Below are positions 1 to 11,500 of a stretch of 64,000 nucleotides of DNA, one piece after another. The notes under the pieces are model-generated. The model saw only the letters and a list, made by a program, of their open reading frames with translations, had not been told where the DNA came from and did no database searches. Position numbers and translations under genes: made by a program. Origin of the DNA: Fimbriosthenelais zetlandica (taxonomy: Eukaryota); contig OZ365112.1 in NCBI GenBank assembly GCA_977030845.1, forward strand, positions 14,322,001 to 14,386,000, given 5' to 3'. Within the stretch, counting starts at the first letter, position 1; each line of letters begins with the position of its first letter.

Positions 1-66
1 TACTGGATATATGACCGAAAATTGTTCAATCCAAAAAAAAGAATGACCTTCTTGCAAAATTTGCAG

Positions 67-105
67 TATAAATTACCACCAATATAAATTACCAATATGA
101 ATTAC
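67..105. repeat. Degenerate short tandem repeat (about 2.7 copies, 13-16 bp period)
   Basis: tataaattacca at 67-78 and 83-94; partial third copy tatgaattac at 96-105. Confidence 0.55.
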
Positions 106-2095
106 GAGATTACGCGCAATATATTAATATATCCTGGGTCTACAGTTCTATGCTAAAATACCGGACCTATTTTGGACGCGATCTCGATATAAACGAATCC
201 AAAATTGCAAAAATAGGAAGTATCTAGAAAGGATTCTTATGTTCTTTTTGGTTAAGTCAGATTTGGTGTTTTATAGAGTAAAGTATAGGTACATGCCATT
301 CTCTATGGTTTTATCGACCACAGGCCGCAGCGAGGGGTTTAGGCGGGAAGATTTGGCGCGAGTCGCGGGAGCAGTGATATGGAAGAGATAAATGTTGTCT
401 GGCATGGAGGCCGAGTGTATTGTTATAAATCATAAGATAACCATAATCGTATTGACTCTCCCGACTGGCACTTGAATAACGACCAAGACTTACTCCCATC
501 CCCAGTCTCGCGGCCAAAAATTGATATTTCAATGTGGACGAAAAAAAATGTGGTCAAATATCGATCGGCGCGAGACTTTGTGAGGAATGACGCGCTTCTC
601 TGGGATTTATCGTCTGCTGAAGATATATTTACCAGTCCGAAGGCCACGGATTACACTCTTATAGTCATTCTATCCCCTCCTTCCCCCCACTAAATATAAA
701 TTTTTAAGGTGGTTGTTATTTCTATCGCCTCTCCGTCTCAGGGAGATGATGCAGCTGGCATCCTTTAGGCGTAATATTATTAGATGCTCCCCGTGGAAAA
801 TTATTATTCGATATTTGAACATATCGACGGGATATCTAAATAATGGATGATGTATAACTCATGACATCTAAAATATCTTGAAAATTATTTAAAATATTTT
901 CATATATTCTTAAAATATTTGTCCAGATTTTGTTAGTATTACTGTTTGGGAATTCACTCGGATTTAAATGGTTTTATTGAAGGTGACGCAAAACAATTTA
1001 ATGAAAGTGTAGTCTGGTGTTGTTGTTCGTTCAGGAAGGTGTTTTCTATTTACATTCCGATATACACTGTCCTACTTTCTGTACTTTATTACCGTTTGAC
1101 CCTATGCTTTTTCTGGGGCACCCACACCCAGCCACTGCTCTCAGTTAAAATTATGACCCCTCTCCCATCATTATAACGATCTAGACGACCTATTTTAGAA
1201 GCATCAGTCCAGACTCAGACATTAGAATATGACCTCTATTGAGTTAGACTGGTGCAAATCATCCCATAAATAAAGTTAATGTGTTAGCCCTGGGTGTTCC
1301 CCATTATAACTCTTCAACTGTCGGCTGTAGTGCCCCTCGCCTCTTCCGCCCTGATTTACCCCCTCCCCGACTCCCCTCCGTCCTATCCCCGTCTACGTCT
1401 GGGCCTTCCTACCGGGCTCCCCTTACTACTGAACCCTTATCCCCAGGGCGTCGCAACCCCAAATTCTACCTTAATACATGTATATAAAACATCTTAAACT
1501 ACATTATCACTGTATATTTGTGGATGTATGGGTGGTATATGGGATTGTATATGAATGTGTAGGGGTCTGGGATGAGGTTGTGTTTGTCGGTACGGTCTCC
1601 TGGATTGGGGGTGAACGTGATGAGCTGACATAAATCTTGTGATAATGGTTATGGGTCTGGTACTTTGTAGCTCCCGCCCCTTTCCTACCCCTATAAAGAG
1701 ATCATCTCCATACCAGCCCACTTCTGCCTGTGACTGACTGTCTGTATACATGTATATGACTATGACTCCATCACACCTCCAGGCAAGTCCATCCACTCAT
1801 TCTAACAAGTTTTTATTACTAATTTGTGGATTGTTGCCACCGGATTAAAATTAAATTTTATTGATTGAAATTAAATTGATCCAATGAGAATGTCGGCGTG
1901 TTTCACATGGACGATTCCTTATTTGATTATTCATTTAAATATGAATTCATTTGGAAATTAACTTTAATGAAGGGAATTTAGATTATGTTCTATTTTTAAA
2001 ACGATCCGTGGTTTTGAAATGGGACTATAGTTTCCAGATGCAGCTTTTAAATTCAATTACAATACAGTAACCGTCATGGGCTCTCCCAACAGGAA

Positions 2096-2120
2096 AAATG
2101 TATAAATAATTTATACATTT
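2096..2120. repeat. Perfect 25-bp AT-rich inverted repeat (12-bp arms, 1-nt spacer)
   Basis: aaatgtataaat (2096-2107), a, atttatacattt (2109-2120); the arms are exact reverse complements. Confidence 0.9.
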
Positions 2121-5078
2121 CACCGCCAGCGGCTGCCATTTGCTCCCGGAGTTGACCTCACTCTATGAAAGTGCTCAAAGTGTATGATTTGACTTACACA
2201 GAAATTCATAAATATTCATTGATATTCTTCCGCGCCCCATGTGGGCCAAAAAGCCCCATGAAAGGAAATTCAGCTAGAATCAATAAAATATTGATCTCCT
2301 CACGTCCTATGGTCGAATGCACTGAAGGTAGTAGTACATGGGGTAAAGTGGCCGATTGTATCCTATTTACAACCAAGGCCTCCATATGCATCATTATGAT
2401 TACTATACTTCTGTCTCTATTAAATGAATACCTCCCTTGATCTTTCATTAAAGTAATCCATAGTATACATTTGGATCATTTATACTTCAAAACTTAAGTG
2501 AGACTTAACTTTTGCCGCGCGTAAATCTCCCGATAAAATCACAGTTTTCTGTGCTATTTAAGTCTATGAGTAGTATATATAATTGTGCTTTGACGCGGGT
2601 CGCGTCCTGCAAATAGCCATACAATGAACGAAAACCTTCATTACTGATAACCAGTCTTAAATGTGAACTACTCCTATGATATTTATTGTTTGATAGGTTA
2701 GCCTGATGTTCAGCGTACATGTATGTGTTTTGCTTGGTAGAGGTGTGTTGGGGGTTAGAATTGGGGGTTAGCTCTGGCATAAATAAGGGTACATTCAACC
2801 TCACTGAAGCAGACTAATATCTCAATGGGAGATGAATGTCATTTATACTGGGTGAATGCGTCCATGAATCACTTATCCATTCTCAACGAAATTTCATAGA
2901 ATCGGGAGAGGCAATAACATTTCTGTCCTTTCCAGAGGCTAACATTTTCTGGACAGTATTTCCACGATTTCGATCCTGCAGAATAATTAGAAAATGTTTT
3001 ATTAGTATATCTTTATCGCTTTTTTCACCAGTGAATCTTCCTTGAATGCCCTTGAATGAAGTCATTGTACGGAGGCCAAATACATAAATATTATAACCAA
3101 ACTAGCTTCTGCCTTTCCTATATTGATATAGTCTTTGTAAAGTGAATGCATACTGGCGTGTGACAAGGAGACATGAGAGCGATATATGAATATAGATATA
3201 TACCCAGTCTTGAGGGATTCCCTGGGAGCAGGTAATAAATATTTAGACCTGTAGTGCGCGGGACGCTGGGCCTATATGTATTTGTGGTGATAAGAAGAGA
3301 GTTAGTAATTTGCATTTAAATTAAGAATGCTCGGCGCGTTATTGCTTTCTCATAGATTTTAAACTTGGGATCGTTTCATCTGTGTTGTGAGAGGCAGGAC
3401 TGTGGGTTTCTCAAGGCGTCCAAGGCAGGCTTTTTACACGCTTCTCATGTGTGATTGTACATTTGCTGTTAATTGCTATATAGTGTTTATGAATAATGAT
3501 GCCTATCTTTCCAATTATGTTCTCATATCACACAATGGAGTTTTAATGGTTTCCTCTTGTGGATTTAAAGGCCAGGGCCATTTCTCCATTACGTTTACAT
3601 TGTTTTAATGATGCTTATACATATAATACCTTAGAGGAGGGAGAGAGTGTGGGAGAACGAGAGAGGGAGTGTGGGAAAGGGTTGGAGAGGATGAAAGGAA
3701 TGGACGAAAGGTAGAGTAAGATTATAAAAGGAACAGTAGAAGAAGAAATCAGTGAAAGAGAGAGTTACGGTAGGAAGTGTCATAGAAAGCAGCATTTTGT
3801 GGTTAAAGTTTGAGCCGGGGTTTTTGCAGACAAGAGGGAGGAGACTAGGGGTGTGTGGAGCCTGGGGAATAAGTTTGTTGTGAACTGTCAGTGGCCCCGT
3901 CTCCATCCATCATCCAACTTGTCGCCCAATAGCACCGACCAATATATGATGTAAACGGAAAATGAAGGCTGAATTCCCTATCCATCTTACACCCAGGCAT
4001 TCTTGGCACAAGTTTCCCTTCTCACTAATCGAACTCCTGATGAGGTTTACTCCGAGAAATTCCGGAGGCCAAGTCCAACTCTCTACCGTAGGGGGACACA
4101 GAGCGAGGGCCTTTATAGTCTTTTGTAATTGGAATCCACCAAAAAAGGTCCTTTGGGTTACGTGTTCTAGGGCCTTTTGAAAAGGGCTTTTATTTATTTT
4201 TTACCATCTCCCATCGTTGTGAAGATTTGAAAGGAGTTTGCATGGATTGGGCGGGTGAGTCTTTTGATATCTGATCAATATTGGGTGATTGCTTGGCATT
4301 GGCATTGCTTTGGTGTCCTATTGTGGTTTTAATTATCTCAAGAAGACTGTATGATTTTCTTGGTAGACGCCGTCTTGGTTGTGTATCTAATCTTCCACTT
4401 GGAATTGGCAATTATACTGGAGAGCTCCTGTGGAGAATGGGAAGAATTGGTAGAATGAGTGGAAAACAAATCTCCTCCAAGAGTAGATAGGAGCAATGGA
4501 ATAGGCTGGAATTAAATACTTGCTATAAAATTGAATACCATAGTCGGACCTATATATTCCAATCAAGCCTGGACAAGATTTATTCTTTTCTGACAAGTGA
4601 AATTCTACCTTATTTCCTTCTTGTTTAATCAATGAAACCGACCTTTTGCTTTTTGGAATAGAAAAATCTGCGACATTTCCAAAACTTTCCCAAAGTTTAT
4701 CCCAAATTTTCAGACGTCTCAGCTTACATTTATAATTTACAGTTGGTAGTGTGAATGAACTTGTATGAATGCCCCTGACATAACGAATTAACTGTAGTTC
4801 CTTTGATAGTCTATACCTAGAGCTACCGTTGATGGAGATACTATACATTAACAGTATTAATGTGATGTAACTAGAGGTAATTACACTCATTTCTAGCTCT
4901 GTATGTACCTGTGTGATGTAACTATTACAAGGTATGGCCTTAAGGCACTTATAATCAATTCTTACCCTCTGCTTCCAAGTTCTTTACTTTCTATTGTATC
5001 AACACTTCGATACAGTCAGTGCTTTCTTGTCAATGCTTTTAGTTGCATATTTAAGTTCTATAACTTCAAGATTTATCT

Positions 5079-5100
5079 TAAGGTATTGGTAAGGTATTGT
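5079..5100. repeat. Tandem micro-duplication, 2 x 11 bp
   Basis: taaggtattgg / taaggtattgt, 10/11 identical. Confidence 0.55.
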
Positions 5101-6696
5101 GTTTCTACTTGTTATCGATATCGATTATAGTGATGTTATGACTCATACAATTTTGAAGTGAGTTTTAAGTAAGATTTAATGCGTAACTGAACCAATTCGC
5201 TGATTTCGAAGTTTTCGCCTCGTATTTAGGTCAGTTCTGAAAATAGCCTCCTCGATGTTATCTCCCCCGTTACCCGTCTAATTCCACCCACACATATACA
5301 CCCCTTGTAAAAATACAATTAAAAATCTATCAACTTTTAGGGCCCCTCTCTCGACCCTCACCCTCACCCCTACCCCCACCCCTACAACCCTCAGACCACC
5401 CATCTAGCCCCAAATGTGATCCATTCTGCTCCTCCCTTTTCAAATGGACAAGGGGGCGTGGCCAGGTCCCAGAGATGAGAGGCAAGATGCGCTTTATTCC
5501 ATTCTTTTCCTCGTGACATCGCTTCAACTTGTGTGGAACGCGTGATAAATTGTCTGGAAAAAAAATTCAAGGGAAGCTCACCTATAGGGGGGTCATACCT
5601 GCAGATGGATGGACCAACCTCTGGATCCATTTCGTTGATGATCCGACTGATAACTAATATAATTGATTGCTGTTCCAGTGTACATTTCACCGACTAGTGT
5701 CGATTTCCCCTCTGATACTTTATACCATTGGTGTGGGTGAAAGTTGGTTGAAAAGCAGACTTTTCACAGATTTTTATCAGCGGATTTAGACAGGGCAACA
5801 CCGACTCCCTGGAGTCGAGGAACACACGTACACGTGTAAACTTTCCAAACAGTAGATTTGTTTTCTTTTGAATCATTAATTTTATTTAACCCAACTGGCT
5901 ACTATATGCATAGGCCCCCATTCAGAAAAATTAATAGGAAAACTGGCTTTACTTCAGGGCAATCAAAAGGCATCTGCGTTCCAGTACTTCGGGCAATGGC
6001 GTTGCTGTATGATGCTAATGTTCAACAGCCGCGGCAGTTTCTGATCTACAATTATTGATATACTATACTGTCTAATCATACTTAGTCATGCATGGTCTTC
6101 CTTGTTACACTGACTTACTTCATTATGTACATCCGAGAAAATAAAGCACTTGATTTCGTCTTTGATTGTGGGTCACATCTTGGATTTGGAGTAACAAAAC
6201 TTTATTTTCTGGCCTAAACCTGCATATATGGGTAAGCTGGAGCGTCTTGCGGCCTTCACCCTCCCCCGACTTACATAACTAATGGATAAAGCTTATGTAA
6301 ATGTTTCATTAGTGGTCGTTAGAAAGTCATCTATCTTTATATAAATAGAGGCGGCATCCTACAAACGACCAGCAGGTGAAGGAGGCTTGTCTGTAGTTTA
6401 CTACAGAATGAAAACACGCTGTACTACATCTATGTATAGTGTAAAGGTTATTTTCTCTCCAAAATGTATACAACATTAGTACGAAGGACCTACTGGATAA
6501 ACTCGTTGTTGATAAAAGGTATAGGGGCCCACAAGGCATTGGTTTACAACTGCATGCTTCCTATCCCTTACGTCTAGGCCTATGAATGGATATACAATTT
6601 TAACGACTTGACCAAGCTATTTTTCGTGTCGGAATTTTCTCCCTCCCTTTTTTATGCTGTTGGTAGTGACGAAACCAAAATTGATTGAATTTAACG

Positions 6697-6740
6697 ACCG
6701 GAAGTAGGCTACACGTGATACGCGCAATGTCGTGACGTCA
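6697..6740. promoter_or_regulatory. Cluster of metazoan TF motifs (ETS, E-box, CRE) in a CpG-rich patch
   Basis: ACCGGAAGT 6697-6705, CACGTG 6712-6717 and TGACGTCA 6733-6740 within 44 bp. The matches are seen directly; function is inferred. Confidence 0.4.
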
Positions 6741-7117
6741 TCTTTGGGACCTCGCTACGTTTCCTTATCTCCATTGAAGATTTCCACCCGGGTTCTCCGT
6801 GCTTATGACTGGGTGGCTTTCTCAATGGCAGGCGTGAAGCCAATTTTTAACATTGATTTGGGAACCAACTTTGGAGGTGAAACTATCTCAACTTTCCCCG
6901 ACTTCTCCCGAGCCTTTTAATCCCTTCCTCACACTTTCCTTCCTCCCTTTTCATCTCGGCCATGTGTCGATTTCAAGAAATGCAAGGGGATCATGTGCGC
7001 CCCTCCCTGCTTCCTTTTCCTCCTCCAAGATGTGAGGGCTTCTTTCTTTGTCCCCTCTTGATTTCCCTTGATCTCGCGGAAACACGCGCCGTACGAGACC
7101 AGCAATCTGGCGTCGCC

Positions 7118-7131
7118 GTTTCCATGGTAAC
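7118..7131. promoter_or_regulatory. RFX X-box consensus match
   Basis: GTTTCCATGGTAAC fits the X-box consensus GTHNYYATRRNAAC and lies in a CpG-rich patch (about 7070-7190). Confidence 0.4.
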
Positions 7132-8392
7132 GAGATCAAAGGGAGCGTGTTGCGGATGTAGATATGAGACGTGGGGTCCTGAGAGAGGGCGATAATCAGG
7201 CATCAGAGAGGCCACACCTTCTGGTATAGAAGCATTGCCACCACTCTACCCTGCCTATACTCTCAAATTACTTTCAAAACGTAGCCTACCATGCAGATTT
7301 AATGACCCACAACTTCAGTATACTACTATAGAAAATAATGCGTCTAGTGGAAAAATAGGTCTATATAGAAATAGACTTTTGAAATATACATGTATATGAG
7401 TAGGCCTAAGGCAAATACATACTAAAGGGATTTGCTTTCAATGCGTACCAAGGTTAATGTGACAGATTTATATCATACCAGATTTCACCCACAGATACCA
7501 AAGTATATTGTGCTTGTGAAATAAGCGTGTGATATCTGTTGGAGAGTGTGGGTGACAGGGGCGTACGGACTGTGCTCTGGAAGGAACAATGTCATGTAAA
7601 ATTACAAACGATGAATCATTCGGTAATTTGTTCCATAATTCCAGGCATACAGGTGTGCTGGGGGAGTATATGCACCAACTGGCTTAGGATTGTGAGGTGG
7701 GGTGGGGGATTGGTGGAGGGAGGTCTATATAATTCATGCATTATTCATGAAAGTTGATGCGTTTATTCATTGCTTCAAAATATACAAGCATTTTGTAATC
7801 AGACTCCAAGGCTCTGTGATGCTGTCAAAACCAACTGCACTTTCCTTCAATGTAAAAACCTATATGTATAATGAATATTATAGGCTTTTGAGATTGCTTT
7901 TATTAATTATTTTCCCTTTGTCTTGCAGGAAAGTTGACTTCCCAGGTTGATCCGCATTGAGGTTCTTTGGATTTTTACCTTCTTCGAAGTTTGAACACAC
8001 AACGCACAATGGATAATGTAAGTAGTGTCTTTACCATACAGTACATTCGTATTCAAGTCAAAATGGGAACATTTCCATAATCGTAAATTAGATATAGATA
8101 TTTTTACTCTTACATCTCTTTCAATAGAGCAATAGAGTAGGCCTAATATTGATTGTTTTATTTGCGAAAATATTTCTAAACTCTGACATCGCTTGTTCTT
8201 TGGCTATGTTGGAGCTTTTCTCTCTACTGCAAATTAGTTGAGGTAAGTGTTCCTGTTCATGCAGTTATCGTTGGCATAGTTTGCCGTGTGTTCCGCTTCT
8301 ACATGTGACTTTAGAGCTTCAGTTCCATGTCCGATTGTCTTTGCATTGTCCCTCTGTTGTGTCGTTTCATGGTCCCCCGTTTGATTGTATTT

Positions 8393-8504
8393 CCTGTACA
8401 ATTTGGAACGGTTTCGTTACTTCTATGGTTTGATTATAAACATCTTAACCTGTACAATTTGGAACGTTTTCGTTACTTCTATGGTTTGATTATTAACATC
8501 TTAA
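8393..8504. repeat. Tandem duplication, 2 x 56 bp
   Basis: cctgtacaatttggaacggtttcgttacttctatggtttgattataaacatcttaa (8393-8448) is followed directly by a copy (8449-8504) with 2 substitutions (54/56). Confidence 0.95.
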
Positions 8505-11500
8505 TACAATGAATAATTTGCAAGACCATGGTAACAGGTTACATGCGTTAAAATTAATATAGGCTATCACTATGTACATGTTCTCTAAAAATTCATGCAA
8601 ATTACATTTGAAATGCTTCACTAGAACCTTTTTATTGCATCACAAAAACAAGAGTGTGACTATAAATATCCTATATCTTACCATCAGTCATATTTTTCTA
8701 AGATTACACACTCAGTTTACCATGAAAATGGAGGACCTGTTTAATTTCACGGCATGTATTGTTCTAGTATTGACTTTGATCCTCGCTAGGGTGCGCCTCG
8801 ATCGTCTGCAGCCACCGGCAGTCCTTCCCCCCTCTTCCTCCACCTCATCCCATGACAATGCCCCTGCTCTTTTCTTGTCTCTGTCATACGAGAAGCCTAC
8901 ACTGTTTTTACCCCTCCAACTCGCATGTCTTCCATCATCAAAATTGTCAGCTTCCCGAATTTCTAATGAAGAACAAATTGCATTACGTTTTAATTATCTG
9001 GTGGGAGTTTTCCTCTCCTTCCCTCTCAGCCTGGCCGTACGCGGGCCTGAGTGGGAGGTTTAATACTGTAGCTTGTGTTGTAATTAGGCTGCTCAAAACA
9101 GCCTCACCTCATAGGCCTTCATATTATGTATTAATGTAATATGGGCCTTGCCATGTTTTTCAGTGTCTTTAATCAGCGCCTATATGTTATGGCTCCCTTC
9201 TTTTTCCACTTTAGGTATATATGTTACCTTTCACATTGTCTTCTTGGACCTATTTCATACGCTCATAATATTGTTTCTATATATATTTATAGCATATTAC
9301 GTTCTTCAAAGGCTCCTGTAGTCTTTCCCTCATGAGCGCATATCAACCCGGGTTTATACGCCTCCTTTGCACCTCACTCCTCCCTTTCTCTTGGAAGTTC
9401 TCACTCACTCTTCCAAACTTGTCCACAATGGTCCTGTCGTGCAAAACTTTGTCTCACAAAGGAGAACATCATTCTAGCTCTCTCCTCGTCTCTCTACCTC
9501 GCCTCATTCTATGAGGAGAGATGATCATAGTGCGTGCTGAGCTAATTCCCTCTTGGAGGCTGGATATCATGCTATACTCGTTTACTCCCCCTATACTCCA
9601 CTCTCCCTCCCCCTTCTCTCACTGCTTCCTCTCACTCATTGCCCTTCAAACTTTCCCTAGGTCAAACCACTGGCCAAAGTCGAGAGAAAATGAAGAGGAT
9701 ACCGATTCCCTATATTGTTTTTAATGTGCAAAATCTTCGCATCTGTAAAATTCAGGAATCTGACGGTTTTTGATTACAAATGACTTCCTTTCATGTTGTG
9801 TTTAATTGAAATGCTTGTGCATCTTTCATATAGTTATTAATGGAATTGACATTCAAATAACTATAGATAATGGTGATTGGAAGTGGGATGTTTTTTGGAT
9901 TTTCCCATCGTTTTCTCTAACTCCAGAAAAATAAATCAGAACTGTCCATACATCTATGAATGCTGGTCTTCAGCCATGTCTTTGTATTGGTGGGAAGGCT
10001 TTCGTGATGTAGGGGGATATTTACATATTATTTGTGCCTAACCTACAATAGAAGATGTCCGTCTAGGCTGCTGACACTGTCACTAAAGTTAAACCACCAA
10101 TGAAAGTTGTTGAGGTGTGAAAGTTGGGGCCAATCTGAGACCAGCGAGGTGGAGATATTTGTTTTCCACTGTCCACTCACGTCGCTGCACGAGCTGTGGG
10201 GAAGAGGCGGTGCTCAATGAGATGTCGTCTGCTCTCGATACGGGGACTTCCAATAGGAAACAAAGGAAGCCCCAAAGAGAAAAGCAGGCCCTGTACGAGG
10301 CACCACCTGTCGTGAAAAGCTGGAGTCTCTCTATGTCTGTGGGTGATGCACACACCAATGTGTCGTCTGCTTATCCAATGCGTATCCAATGGAAACCAAA
10401 ACATTTGCCCGAAAGCTTGCGTTTCCCGACAGGAAAATGAAATAAAAAGTGTCGTCAGCCAGCTGGGATTATAGGGAGGGTAAGTGTAATGACAGAACAT
10501 ATTCGTCCATATTTGTACCTAGTTGATATGGACATAGACCACTTTCATTTGTTGGTATTTTGACCGGGTTTTCGTTGACCCACATTTGGTGAAGGAGGGA
10601 AGCCATTCCTCCCCCATGTTGGTCGCGCGGACGGGAAGCCATTTGAGAATGCAGTGAAGGTGAGAGCGATTAACGGGGCCATAAAGAATAAAATAACAAT
10701 TAGTGAGCACTTAGAGACGGCAAATAAACATTATAAAGCCCCTCTGGGCCTTTACTGCCCGCTATTCGTTTGCTTGGCTTACTGACATAGGACCAAGTAG
10801 CCTATTCACTACAGCATTTTTTCCCTGAATGTATTGAAAGTGCTTTATGTTGTGTGGAAAAATATGGACTGTACACTAAAGGTGGTCGTCTGTCCCATTG
10901 GTATCCCATTCTATGGGAAAGCTTTTACGCTGATGCTTTGGACATTTCTTTAAGATGTTTTCTTCAACGATTGTTCAATTCTATTTTCTAAAAGGCAGTT
11001 AAATTTTGTTTACGTTGGGTCTTCTTGCAATGGGGCTCGTATTTTCTGAATTAGGTCATGCAATAAGAATTTTTGTGTGGCTACAACGAGGGTTGGAATT
11101 TGCAATATTAATATTATCAACATCGTGATGCCCCAAGACCTAATCTCAATCAACTAATGTCCCAAGGGCGACTTTTAAAACTTGTTGTTTCTATAAATAA
11201 AGACCTCTTCAATATCATCATGGAATGGAAGGAAGGGGTTATTTTTTCTTGGAGAATCTTCAATTTGGGGGAAAAATATGAAAGCAATCGCACACATTTC
11301 CCTGGAGACTTGATTTACCCCTCACAAACACATGCCCTACAAGCGGGGCATCAAGTGGATTTACAAATCGAATTTTGCCGCCGGTGGAAGTTCACCGTTG
11401 CCGACCCCTTTTCAGTGAATCATCTCTGTAGATTAAATTTTCATAAGAGAAAAGGGGTGATGTTTCGTTAGGAACCCTGCATTTCACAATACCGCGGCAC

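Noticed and set aside
4387-4890. Longest ORF (167 aa, minus strand), considered as a LINE/reverse-transcriptase fragment
   Set aside because: No RT (YxDD), endonuclease or zinc-knuckle motif, and the length is near the chance maximum. BLASTX/Dfam would settle it.
5354-5400. Telomere-like C-rich repeat (ccctca/cccta variants)
   Set aside because: No tandem CCCTAA units; it is only a degenerate C-rich low-complexity patch.
7929-8017. Exon candidate with a strong acceptor (7928) and a GTAAGT donor (8018)
   Set aside because: All three frames contain stop codons, so it cannot be a coding exon; a non-coding exon cannot be tested from sequence alone.
8393-8504. CRISPR array
   Set aside because: Only two abutting units with no unique spacers and no cas genes; no repeat-spacer periodicity seen anywhere in the window.
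8572-9063. 163-aa plus-strand ORF
   Set aside because: It runs through an AT-rich and then a pyrimidine-rich low-complexity tract, giving an L/S/P-biased product with no recognisable domain.
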